A stretch of DNA of 64,000 bases from an uncultured Candidatus Bathyarchaeia archaeon (GTDB lineage Archaea > Thermoproteota > Bathyarchaeia > Bathyarchaeales > SOJC01): NCBI GenBank assembly GCA_964346975.1, contig CAYFWV010000028.1, positions 11,209 through 75,208 on the forward strand, given 5' to 3'. Positions 19,163 through 28,047 of the stretch are shown here, piece after piece (the stretch's first letter is position 1; every line of letters begins with the position of its first letter). The position numbers were made by a program, and so were the translations under genes. Under the pieces are notes generated by a model, which was not told the origin of the DNA, made no database searches, and saw only the letters and a program-made list of their open reading frames with translations.

Positions 19163-19987
19163 TTGAGTGAGAAACCACGCGAATATGCATATTCTGGCAA
19201 ACTTGAAGAGGCAACGAGACTTGAAGCACAGGCTAAAGCCCTTGAAAAGATAATTGAGAAGGAACTTGAAGTAATAGGTTTAAAACCGAATATGAAGGTG
19301 CTGGATGCGGGGTGTGGAACTGGTGCTGTTACAAGGAGAATGGCTTCGAAGATTCTCCCAGAAAAGGCGTATGGGGTAGATGTTGACCCTGTATTTATTG
19401 ATGTGGCAAAGAAGGCAGCAGCCAGAGAAGGCGTGAAGAATGTTCACTTCGAGCTGGGAAACATTGATAACCTGAAATTTGAGAAAGGAACTTTTGATTT
19501 GTCATACTGCAGACTGGTTCTCATGCATGTAGAGAACCCAGTTACGACGATCTCAGAGTTGAAGCGGGTAACCAAGAGCGGAGGCATTATTGGGGCATCT
19601 GATGTTGATGATGGCGCAATGCTCTGGTTCCCTCAAACGCCAAAGCTTTTCGAGCTCTGGTCAACATTTGGTCAACGGGCAAAGACCAGAGGAGATGACC
19701 GATATATTGGCAGACAGCTTTTCTCGATATTTACCGAGGCAGGCTTGAACTCTGTCAGTATCTATCCTCTTCCAATGTATGCCACTCAGCAGAATCCTGA
19801 AGCGTTGAAGATGCTTGTCAGTGTTCCAGTTCAAATTGTGGAGCAGGACAAAGAGGAGTTGATAAAAGAAGGCGTGATCACGACAGAAGATTATGAGGAA
19901 GCGGAGAAAGAAACACAACTCCTACTGAGCCATCCTGGTGCATTTGCTATGGGGTTGACTTTTCTTGCCATAGCAAACGTCCCCTAA
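19163..19987 (+). CDS. class I SAM-dependent methyltransferase
   Basis: VLDAGCGTGAVTRRMA motif I and DLSYCRLVLMHV. 274 aa, TTG start. Confidence 0.8.
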   Translation: MSEKPREYAYSGKLEEATRLEAQAKALEKIIEKELEVIGLKPNMKVLDAGCGTGAVTRRMASKILPEKAYGVDVDPVFIDVAKKAAAREGVKNVHFELGNIDNLKFEKGTFDLSYCRLVLMHVENPVTTISELKRVTKSGGIIGASDVDDGAMLWFPQTPKLFELWSTFGQRAKTRGDDRYIGRQLFSIFTEAGLNSVSIYPLPMYATQQNPEALKMLVSVPVQIVEQDKEELIKEGVITTEDYEEAEKETQLLLSHPGAFAMGLTFLAIANVP

Positions 19988-20105
19988 TGCAGGCACCTGG
20001 AGAAGTCTCCAGAACTGCTCCCACTGGCTACGCACAATTGGATGAACCCCTGAGCTTCACGCTAAACTTCGTGGCTCTAGAACACGTCCTGTAAGTGCAC
20101 TTTTT

Positions 20106-20123
20106 CTCCACTCCCCTTTTTTC
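20106..20123 (+). terminator. candidate intrinsic terminator (C-rich tract plus T6)
   Basis: CTCCACTCCCCTTTTTTC downstream of the stop at 19987. Confidence 0.35.
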
Positions 20124-20236
20124 TGCAGATGATGCAGGATTACTCCGCAAGTAGTTTTCGCGGTGTGCAATACTGATTCAGCCTTCACAAGAATTTTACT
20201 GCTCTTACAATTCAGAATCTATCGGGTGATCCATCT

Positions 20237-20425
20237 ATGTCAATTCAGAGACGCATAATTATTGTCATGCTCTTTCCCATCACTACCTTACTATGGTTTT
20301 TAGGTTGGGTCCTCTGCTGGATTGGTAATAGACATCGATCTCGAAGAACCACGCAGAGCCTCGATGACAACCTAGTCCAAGCTGTGGGTCTTCATGAAGA
20401 AGCAGTCCTAACCTCTCAGAACTAG
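20237..20425 (+). CDS. small membrane protein (hypothetical)
   Basis: 62 aa. One TM helix (IIIVMLFPITTLLWFLGWVLCWI) followed by a basic stretch. Confidence 0.3.
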   Translation: MSIQRRIIIVMLFPITTLLWFLGWVLCWIGNRHRSRRTTQSLDDNLVQAVGLHEEAVLTSQN

Positions 20426-20495
20426 ACAATACATACAAAGCTCCTGCTACTAACCACGTCGTCTTGATTTTGGTTGGGGACGTAGACGCTGAAAT

Positions 20496-20585
20496 ATACG
20501 ATACAACTGTGACATCGACGCGGACGGGGACGTCGACATCTTTGACATAGTACTAGCTGCCAGCCACTACGGAGAAAACCGGTAG
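20496..20585 (+). pseudogene. relic 3' end of a dockerin-encoding gene
   Basis: My translation is ..YNCDIDADGDVDIFDIVLAASHYGENR*, compared with DPNCDIDGDGDVDIFDIVAAASHYGESW* at 18040-18127. A stop lies 1 codon upstream at 20490-20492. GDVDAEIYD lies in another frame just before. Confidence 0.5.
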
Positions 20586-20681
20586 CTACTTACATAAAGC
20601 ATAATATCGTAACGAACATATCGTAGTCGTCAGAACTCAAGAGGGATAGGGCATGAAGAACCTTGTGTCACTGGCATCCGT

Positions 20682-21371
20682 ATGGCAGAAGGAACTAGTG
20701 CCTTAGCATATCCCGAATTTGTGTGGGAGTCAAATATGCAACACTTTCGTGACGATCCATACCATGCAACGATTGAAGTTGTCAATGATCAGTGTAAAGG
20801 CCTTGGAATAATCAAAAGCTTAGGAATACAGCAATGCAAGCTGTTGGACGTTCGAAGTTTGCCTGATGGTCTCACGCGACATCTTATCAGCTTTCCATCC
20901 TCCGAAACCTACACAATACCCCAAGAACGAAGGCATGAGGTGATGATTCGTCGAAAGCAAGGTAAGGAAACCTTGCTTTGGTTTGACACTGATGGCTGTG
21001 GTGTGTGCCAGACTCTTTTGAGAACCAACTCTTTCTTGGTGTCTGGAAGAAAATTTGAGGGCAACACACTAGTGTATTCATTTGTAGCTCCCACTCTGGA
21101 GGCATTTCAAAAAGCTCTCGTTCAACTTGAAGAGAATGGGCTCAATCCTAAGATCATCGAAGCTGGCACCTATCGATCCAAGACTAAAGTGCTGACCGAG
21201 AAGCAGGAAAAAGCCTTGTGGCTGGGTTTGAAGATGGGATTCTTTGACTATCCGCGAAAGGTAAACACGTCTGAACTCTCACAGAGACTTGGAATCAAGC
21301 CGTCAACGTTGTCGGAGATACTCCGAAGGGGCATGCGAAGACTGCTTGAGTACCATTACAAGGGTGAGTAG
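20682..21371 (+). CDS. HTH_10 (Bat-type) DNA-binding transcriptional regulator
   Basis: C-terminal LTEKQEKALWLGLKMGFFDYPRKVNTSELSQRLGIKPSTLSEILRRGMRRLL is the classic archaeal HTH_10 module. Confidence 0.75.
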   Translation: MAEGTSALAYPEFVWESNMQHFRDDPYHATIEVVNDQCKGLGIIKSLGIQQCKLLDVRSLPDGLTRHLISFPSSETYTIPQERRHEVMIRRKQGKETLLWFDTDGCGVCQTLLRTNSFLVSGRKFEGNTLVYSFVAPTLEAFQKALVQLEENGLNPKIIEAGTYRSKTKVLTEKQEKALWLGLKMGFFDYPRKVNTSELSQRLGIKPSTLSEILRRGMRRLLEYHYKGE

Positions 21372-21557
21372 GCGTCTACGGACACACACGAAGTCAATGG
21401 ACAGCGGGAGTTTCCACCCTACATCCATGGTCTAAGATGTCCTATGAGACTGGTTTGGTTAGAGCAAAGCCCGTAGATGTTCGGGACACAGCTAAGTATG
21501 ACGAGTGTCATAGCTGTGCCAGCTAACCACCAATGGAGCAATCTGAGGAAAGAAAAG

Positions 21558-22361
21558 ATGAATGTAAAACACCTAGCTATAATGACTCTGTCATTCCTGA
21601 TGATTTCCAGCGTTTCACTACTTGCAACCGTTAACGCCGACTCATGGCCGACTCTACCAACAACACCAGTTCAACTCACCGTCGTTGACGGAACAACATC
21701 CTACTTCATATCTACACTCAGTGGCGTACCTGGAGGATTCGACGTCCACAATGGAGCGTACCCTGGCTGGTGCATCGACCGCTCAACCACGATGATTCGC
21801 GGCGTCTCGCACAATGTGACCCTGTACTCCAGTCTAACCCCACCGTCCGCCGTCAGCAGCATCAACTGGGTAGCCATCAACTACATCCTGAACCACAAGC
21901 AAGGCAGCATGATGGACGTGCAAGAAGCCATCTGGCACTTCACCGATGCATTTTCCCCCATCAGTGCCACTGCACAAGCTATGGTCGACGCAGCCAATGC
22001 GAATACAACTTATGATCCTATGACGGGAGCAGTACTGGCCATCATCGCCCTCTCACAAGGCGCCCCTGGTGTACAAGACTCGATCATCGAACTCAGCATT
22101 CCTGGAATGGGCCTTTCACCTGGCTACTGGAAACACAACGTCAAGGTCTACAACGGCGGTCGTGGCAGCTACAGCGGAGACCCCCACATCACACCAACTC
22201 AACTAGAGGCCTACGCAACGTATATCGCAGCGAATTATCACCCTGGATTCACTCTCTCGTGGGCAAATGAACGATTTCAGAATAACGCCTACAAGGACAT
22301 GTGGCTGACCATAGCCAACTGGTTCAACGCGGCTGCAGGTCTGCTACCCTACGAAGACTAG
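21558..22361 (+). CDS. secreted protein with a thioester-domain-like Cys / Q-x-A-I-W signature (paralogue 1)
   Basis: ATG 21558 after GAGGAAAG. Signal peptide MNVKHLAIMTLSFLMISSVSLLATVNA. GWCIDR ... NYILNHKQGSMMDVQEAIWHFTD. Confidence 0.75.
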   Translation: MNVKHLAIMTLSFLMISSVSLLATVNADSWPTLPTTPVQLTVVDGTTSYFISTLSGVPGGFDVHNGAYPGWCIDRSTTMIRGVSHNVTLYSSLTPPSAVSSINWVAINYILNHKQGSMMDVQEAIWHFTDAFSPISATAQAMVDAANANTTYDPMTGAVLAIIALSQGAPGVQDSIIELSIPGMGLSPGYWKHNVKVYNGGRGSYSGDPHITPTQLEAYATYIAANYHPGFTLSWANERFQNNAYKDMWLTIANWFNAAAGLLPYED

Positions 22362-22384
22362 ACAGAACGCTAACGCAATCCAAA

Positions 22385-22403
22385 CCCCCCTCCCCTTTTT
22401 ATC
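22385..22403 (+). terminator. candidate intrinsic terminator (C-rich tract plus T5)
   Basis: CCCCCCTCCCCTTTTTATC 24 nt after the stop at 22361. Confidence 0.4.
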
Positions 22404-22809
22404 TCAACACGCGGCAGATTCCACCCTGGACAACTGGGATAGTTGATGACCTCCCCGACACTACCGGAAGTTTAATCTGACGACAATCGACTACCAACGA
22501 ACTCTCATGAGTACACTGCATTCGTATTATTCCTCACTCACCGGACGCGCGATAATACGAGCTGCTCCTGCCTCAACCGAGGATAGTTATCTTGGCTCGG
22601 CGAATCCCTGGAACGACACCGGACTGGCTAAACGCAACACACCGGCAGTCAGAAGTCAATTCACGGAAGATCGTGGTTAACGCATAATGTCGAGGATGTG
22701 CATGCACTCACGTGCCTATTGAGTATTCTTCTAGAAATATTCTCCAGAAGCCTTAAAGCGAGTGGTCGACGTGAGCAAGTTGGTTTAAGTCAAGAAAGGA
22801 GAAAAAAAG

Positions 22810-23619
22810 ATGAAGCTAAAGAATCTGTCGATTTTCCTTGCCACACTTGTGGTGTTATCAGGATCATTCATGACGCAAGCAGGAGCCGCACCATTTCCAA
22901 CTTTGCCATCCACCCCAGTCTACATGACGGTGGTCAACGGTAGCATCAGCTATTTCACCATCACACTAAGCGACGTTCCTGCGGGCTATGATGTATCAAA
23001 CGACACCTATGTTGGCTGGTGCCTAGATCGTGGTCACAACATGACCCGAGATGTCGCTCTGGCCGTAACATTGTACTCGAGTTTGAGTCCACCTGACTCC
23101 TTGAATACAAAACCTTGGAACCAGACCAACTATATCCTGAACCACAAGCAAGGCAGCATGATGGACGTGCAACAAGCCATTTGGAACCTTATGGGATGGT
23201 GGAACTTCACAAACCTAACCCCGACCGCACAGACCTTGGTCAACGAGGCCAACGCTAACTCCGGCTATGTTCCCGCATACGGCGACATCGTAGGCGTCAT
23301 CTGCTATCCAGCTGACGCGGACGAACAACTCGCACTAATAGAAGTCACACCGATGCTAGAGCCAGGATATACACCTGGGTTCTGGAAGCACAACATCGGT
23401 GTTGCCCTCGGCTACAATCCTGGAGCATACAGTGCTTTCCGTAACGGAGCAAAACTAACCTACACAATGTTGCAGGGCTATGCAGCAACAGTTGGAGTGA
23501 CGCTGGAAGAAGCGTACGCGGCTTTGACTGCACGGCGTATTCCAGGTGCGAATGTGATTCGCGCCGATATGGCTAACGCTTTCAACTCTGCAGCAGGCTA
23601 CGGTCCATTCGAAGACTAA
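22810..23619 (+). CDS. secreted protein with a thioester-domain-like Cys / Q-x-A-I-W signature (paralogue 2)
   Basis: ATG after GGAGAAAAAAAG. Signal peptide MKLKNLSIFLATLVVLSGSFMTQAGA. GWCLDR ... NYILNHKQGSMMDVQQAIWNL. Colinear with 21558..22361. Confidence 0.8.
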   Translation: MKLKNLSIFLATLVVLSGSFMTQAGAAPFPTLPSTPVYMTVVNGSISYFTITLSDVPAGYDVSNDTYVGWCLDRGHNMTRDVALAVTLYSSLSPPDSLNTKPWNQTNYILNHKQGSMMDVQQAIWNLMGWWNFTNLTPTAQTLVNEANANSGYVPAYGDIVGVICYPADADEQLALIEVTPMLEPGYTPGFWKHNIGVALGYNPGAYSAFRNGAKLTYTMLQGYAATVGVTLEEAYAALTARRIPGANVIRADMANAFNSAAGYGPFED

Positions 23620-23652
23620 GACTCCGCAATAAACTAGAGTTATTCCTCTAGA

Positions 23653-23668
23653 CTCCCTCTCTTTTTTG
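23653..23668 (+). terminator. candidate intrinsic terminator (C-rich tract plus T6)
   Basis: CTCCCTCTCTTTTTTG 34 nt after the stop at 23619. It overlaps the track start of ORF 23666, which argues that the ORF starts further downstream. Confidence 0.4.
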
Positions 23669-23767
23669 TGTCTCACTAATCTCACACGCATGCATATTTA
23701 CGCGCTCGCCATCTTGCTCTATCCGTGCGTGCGCACTCAATTGAAAAAAGTCTATTCGGTGCAGGAG

Positions 23768-23777
23768 TATAAAATAA
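23768..23777 (+). promoter_or_regulatory. TATA-box-like element for the nitroreductase gene
   Basis: TATAAAATAA about 30 nt upstream of in-frame TTG 23807. Confidence 0.35.
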
Positions 23778-23806
23778 GGTTAAGGTGGAAACTTCTGAAA
23801 ACGGAA

Positions 23807-24397
23807 TTGTTAGATTTAGTGAAAAAGAGGCGGAGTATCCGGAAATACAGGAAGCACGCTGTTCCACTAGAAAAGATATACAGGATACTGGAAGCTGGAA
23901 GCTACGCTCCTTCCGGAGCCAACAGCCAACCTTGGATCTATATCCTAGTAACAGACAGTAGACTGAAAGAGGCAATTAGAAAAGAAGCTGAAGAGGTAGA
24001 GAGAGACTTTCACACAAAAACCCCTGCCAATCTCAAAAGGTGGTTCGAAAAACAGAAAGTCACTTCAGAAAAGAGCTTTCTCACAGACGCTTCGGCCCTA
24101 ATCGTAGTAGCCAGCTTCACCAAAGCACCCTATTGGCTTCAATCCACATGGATCTCAGTTGCCTACATCCTGCTTGCTGCAGCAAGCGAAAATTTGGCCA
24201 CTCTCACTTACACACCCTCCTCCACCGCCTTCCTGAATAGACTGCTCAACATACCAGAGAACTACCGCTCTGCTGCAATTTTGCCCATTGGTTGTCCAGC
24301 AGAAACTCCGTCTCCAGAAACAAGACGCCGAAAGCCCCTAGAACAGATCGTCTACCAAAACAAATATGATGCTACGCGAGCTAGCATCAGCAATTGA
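23807..24397 (+). CDS. nitroreductase family protein
   Basis: LLDLVKKRRSIRKYRKHAVPLEKIYRILEAGSYAPSGANSQPWIYILV is a typical nitroreductase N-terminus. Start uncertain: TTG 23807 is favoured, while the track ORF opens at 23666 and an ATG lies at 23690. Confidence 0.75.
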   Translation: MLDLVKKRRSIRKYRKHAVPLEKIYRILEAGSYAPSGANSQPWIYILVTDSRLKEAIRKEAEEVERDFHTKTPANLKRWFEKQKVTSEKSFLTDASALIVVASFTKAPYWLQSTWISVAYILLAAASENLATLTYTPSSTAFLNRLLNIPENYRSAAILPIGCPAETPSPETRRRKPLEQIVYQNKYDATRASISN

Positions 24398-24532
24398 ACG
24401 ATCATACGCGGCGATACGTTAGATACCAACTCGTTCGGCGGCGCACAACATCACAGGTTCTGCATCTGGAACCCAAATCAACTACGCCGCGCACGCGCAA
24501 GTCTTAAAGATGAGTAATCATATGATTTTCCC

Positions 24533-27172
24533 ATGAACACTCTGCATCGATCTAAAGTGCACCCACACCGATCCAAGGTATTCGTTGCTATCTTGATTTT
24601 TTCCCTTATCTCCATTCCATTCTTGGTGCCTTCTATTCAAGCAGCTCCCCTAGTTTGGAGTGTAGAGACTGTGGATGCAGCTAGTGAAGTAGGTGCATTC
24701 TCCTCTCTTGTTTTGGACTCTAATGATTATCCCCACATCAGCTACCGTGATTCAAATTGGACTAATTTAAAGTATGCTAAGTGGACAGGCTCACTCTGGG
24801 TCATGGGGCCTGTTGACGCGGTGGGGAATGTTGGGCAATGGACCTCTCTGGCCTTGGATTCCAGCGATCACCCGCACATCAGCTATTATGACATTGATAA
24901 TCGTGATTTAAAGTATACGACATTCTATGCAACGACTAACTTGTCAGTCCAGATAACAACGTCAGTTGATACGATTGGTGAAGTGGGTGGACACTCGTCT
25001 ATAGCCATAGACTCTCTTGATAGACCCCACATCAGCTACGTTGACTTCACGCATCAGGCTTTAAAGTATGCCTGGTGGAATGGCTCAGCCTGGAACATCG
25101 AGACTGTTGATGATCCACCAAACTACGTTGGTGACACCTCCCTTGCCTTGGATTCCAGCGATCGACCCCGCATCAGCTATAGCGCAGATGAAGTGAAGTA
25201 TGCGCGATGGACGGGAACAACCTGGAACATCGAAATAGTTGAGAACGTGACTAACACACACAATTCCCTGGTTCTGGATTCGGATGATAACCCCCACATC
25301 AGCTACAACGATTGGTCAACCAAAAATCTGAAGTATGCGCGATGGACGGGTTCAGCTTGGTCTATCGAAACAGTTGACGCTGCCTTGACTGTAGGAGAAT
25401 TCTGCTCCCTTGCGCTGGATTCTAATGATTACCCCCACATCAGCTACTATGACGCATATTGGCAAGATCTGAAGTATGCAGGATGGAACGGAACAAGCTG
25501 GTTCATCAAGAATATAGATCATCTCGGAGACGTTGGTAACTGGGGAACATCAATCGCGATTGATTCCCATGATAACCCCCACATCAGCTATCACGACTAT
25601 ACCAACCGTAATCTAAAGTATGCTCAGGATCCAGATGAATACTTCTACGATGTTGGCTACGCAGCTTTTGACAGCAATGGTGATGGGTTCCATGATGGTG
25701 TGGAGGTATGGATGGATGTGGACACCACTTACTTGGGCCCCCTCAATATTTCGGTTCAGGGTTTTCTCACCGATGAAGTGGGTATGGTGCAGAGTTCCAA
25801 TAGATCAAGTTGGGAAATCACTGGGATCTCCTTTGAGCATGGTTATGTTCATCTTTATCTCCCTGCGGGGGCGCCTGAAGGATGGTATGACATTGGACTT
25901 GCCCTGTATGATGAGCGATTCGCAATCGAAGGAGGTCGATTATTTCATGACGCTGCCTACCTATATCCACCCAATATGCAGGCATTAACGATTCAGGTGA
26001 GTGGCGCTGGATCAACTAGTCCGTCTCCTGGTACGTGGTGGGCTACCCAAGATACCGAACTAGAGGTGCTTGCCATTCCTGATTCCGGTTGGATATTGGA
26101 TCATTGGGTTCTCGATTCAGGAGATGCAGGAACTGATAATCCGATTAGCATTACGTTGGATTCAGATCATGTATTGACAGCGGTATTTGTTGAGGAGTCC
26201 CAAATTGGGTTTCTGCAGGGCAGAGTCACCGATCTTGACTCCCATCTGCCAATCGTGGGGGCCGAGGTTGCAGTGGGGGATCTTTATTTCAGCACCACCA
26301 ACGGTTCAGGTCATTACTCGATGGAACTTCCCACTGGAAGTTATAATGTCACAGTTACTGAAGAAGTGTATAATAGCGGAACAGCCCTGGTTTCGGTGAT
26401 CGCTGGAATCACCACCGTTCAAGACTTCCACCTTCAACGTAGCCATTGGATCCTAATCATGGAAGTTGAGGGATCGGGCACTACCGATCCACCTCCAGGA
26501 GGAATGACCTTCTTAATTGGGGCAGAGATCCCGATTCAAGCATTCCCTGCCCACGGGTGGTTTCTAGATCATTGGATCGTTGACTCAGTCTTTCACGATG
26601 CTGTTAACCCCTTCTTCATACTCATGGATACCGATCACGTGGTGAGGGCTGTTTTCTATGAAGAGGCTCCAACTCAACCCTTTATTGAGAGCTGCAACTC
26701 CGAGGGAGAACACCAAGATAGCTTTGACCTTGGTCAAACGGTTTACGTGACCGGAGCAGGATACCCACACTCCTCATCTTTTGACTGCTACGTAGTAGTT
26801 GACGTGGAATCTTGGATTGACGGAATGGTTATCCCCGGGCGTGTTTCTGGAACTGAACCTATAGTTACCTCGAACCCTGATGGGGAGATCCTGGTGACAG
26901 TTGTGTGGTCAGACACCCATACGATGGGGGACTTTGATGTAGTGATTGATGTGAATGGAAACGGGCACTATGAAGTTGGAGTCGACGCGTTAGATAATGA
27001 TGACATTGAGGTTACGAATGGGTTCATCGTGATTCCTGAACTATCTGTGTACTCATTGCTTCTGCTATTTCTTTTAACAACTCTTTTGGCATATGGAGTT
27101 CGCACTGCTAACTTCGGTTTACGTTCAAGAACCAAGCGCGCGCGCATCTGGAGAATCAAAGACACCCCATAA
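24533..27172 (+). CDS. surface protein with a 7-bladed beta-propeller-like repeat region, two InlB-B-repeat-like modules, a CarboxypepD_reg-like module and a P-E-x C-terminal sorting signal
   Basis: 879 aa. Signal peptide ..VFVAILIFSLISIPFLVPSIQA. Seven ..LD(S)xDxPHISYxDxxxxxLKYAxW.. repeats. GRVTDLDSHLPIVGAEVAV. C-terminus IPELSVYSLLLLFLLTTLLAYGVR plus a basic tail. Confidence 0.85.
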   Translation: MNTLHRSKVHPHRSKVFVAILIFSLISIPFLVPSIQAAPLVWSVETVDAASEVGAFSSLVLDSNDYPHISYRDSNWTNLKYAKWTGSLWVMGPVDAVGNVGQWTSLALDSSDHPHISYYDIDNRDLKYTTFYATTNLSVQITTSVDTIGEVGGHSSIAIDSLDRPHISYVDFTHQALKYAWWNGSAWNIETVDDPPNYVGDTSLALDSSDRPRISYSADEVKYARWTGTTWNIEIVENVTNTHNSLVLDSDDNPHISYNDWSTKNLKYARWTGSAWSIETVDAALTVGEFCSLALDSNDYPHISYYDAYWQDLKYAGWNGTSWFIKNIDHLGDVGNWGTSIAIDSHDNPHISYHDYTNRNLKYAQDPDEYFYDVGYAAFDSNGDGFHDGVEVWMDVDTTYLGPLNISVQGFLTDEVGMVQSSNRSSWEITGISFEHGYVHLYLPAGAPEGWYDIGLALYDERFAIEGGRLFHDAAYLYPPNMQALTIQVSGAGSTSPSPGTWWATQDTELEVLAIPDSGWILDHWVLDSGDAGTDNPISITLDSDHVLTAVFVEESQIGFLQGRVTDLDSHLPIVGAEVAVGDLYFSTTNGSGHYSMELPTGSYNVTVTEEVYNSGTALVSVIAGITTVQDFHLQRSHWILIMEVEGSGTTDPPPGGMTFLIGAEIPIQAFPAHGWFLDHWIVDSVFHDAVNPFFILMDTDHVVRAVFYEEAPTQPFIESCNSEGEHQDSFDLGQTVYVTGAGYPHSSSFDCYVVVDVESWIDGMVIPGRVSGTEPIVTSNPDGEILVTVVWSDTHTMGDFDVVIDVNGNGHYEVGVDALDNDDIEVTNGFIVIPELSVYSLLLLFLLTTLLAYGVRTANFGLRSRTKRARIWRIKDTP
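24686..25630 (+). repeat. seven tandem coding repeats of about 143 nt (propeller blades)
   Basis: CC(C/G)CACATCAGCTA recurs at about 24732, 24875, 25027, 25170, 25294, 25434 and 25577. Confidence 0.7.
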
Positions 27173-27272
27173 CACCTATCTTTTTTTAGGTGGTTCACAC
27201 CAGCCGCATATGAGGAGTCTATGCAACCTTTCATGTATTTCCTGCGTTGAATAAGAAAGGGGTTGAAGGTGC

Positions 27273-27935
27273 TTAATCATTCCCTCTCTGAATATCATGT
27301 GCTAACGCAGTAATGATAGAAACTGGCCATAACACAACCATAATCAAAGCTAAAGTCCACTGAATAGTGTAAGTAACATTCGCATCAAATACCCATAATA
27401 GAGGATACCCGAAGATTGCGATTTCCACGCCCATTGCAAACACTAACACATAGATGATTATAGACCAAGGCCATAACCTAGAAAGGAAACCTCTTAAATT
27501 GACTGGGAGATGTTTACGCCACCATTTGAGCGGCTTATTTATCCTGGTGGCGGCAGCAAAACCCAATATTGACATAAAAATTGGGGCAAAACCTCCTCCA
27601 ACCAACCACAAAATGAGTGATAAAAGCCCAAAGATCCAAGCGCCATACTTCTTATCAATGAATGCGCTCGCCCATATCGTGACCAAGATACCGAAAATTA
27701 CTGCGACTATTCCTGTAATTAGGAGATTGGGAATTATCGTTAGAGCAGTTTCAGTTGCATACTCCCAAAACTTCTGTGCAGGTCCAATTGCATCTATCAT
27801 TATGTCGTTTAGCGTAACATTACCTTGAAGCATTTCAAATAAACCATGTTCGATACCTGCTAATCCCACAAGAACACCAAATGTTGAGGCTACCGTTTTA
27901 GTAGCTCCGTCATTTTTTGAAAAATACACTTCCAT
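27273..27935 (-). CDS. hypothetical integral membrane protein (about 6 TM)
   Basis: 220 aa hydrophobic ORF. No family recognised. Confidence 0.6.
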   Translation of the reverse strand: MEVYFSKNDGATKTVASTFGVLVGLAGIEHGLFEMLQGNVTLNDIMIDAIGPAQKFWEYATETALTIIPNLLITGIVAVIFGILVTIWASAFIDKKYGAWIFGLLSLILWLVGGGFAPIFMSILGFAAATRINKPLKWWRKHLPVNLRGFLSRLWPWSIIIYVLVFAMGVEIAIFGYPLLWVFDANVTYTIQWTLALIMVVLWPVSIITALAHDIQRGND

Positions 27936-28047
27936 CTTTTTTCTATTGGATTTAGTATTGGGTTTAGTATTTTTATATTCATGTGTTATAGAATTAGGGT
28001 TACCCTAGAAGCGGAGCAGTTCATCTGATAAAATAGGCTTCACCAAT

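Noticed and set aside
24686-25630. Regular repeats of about 143 nt as a possible CRISPR or satellite array
   Set aside because: The repeats are in-frame coding repeats (propeller blades) within one long ORF. Both the repeat and spacer parts are translated and only partly conserved. No cas genes are present.
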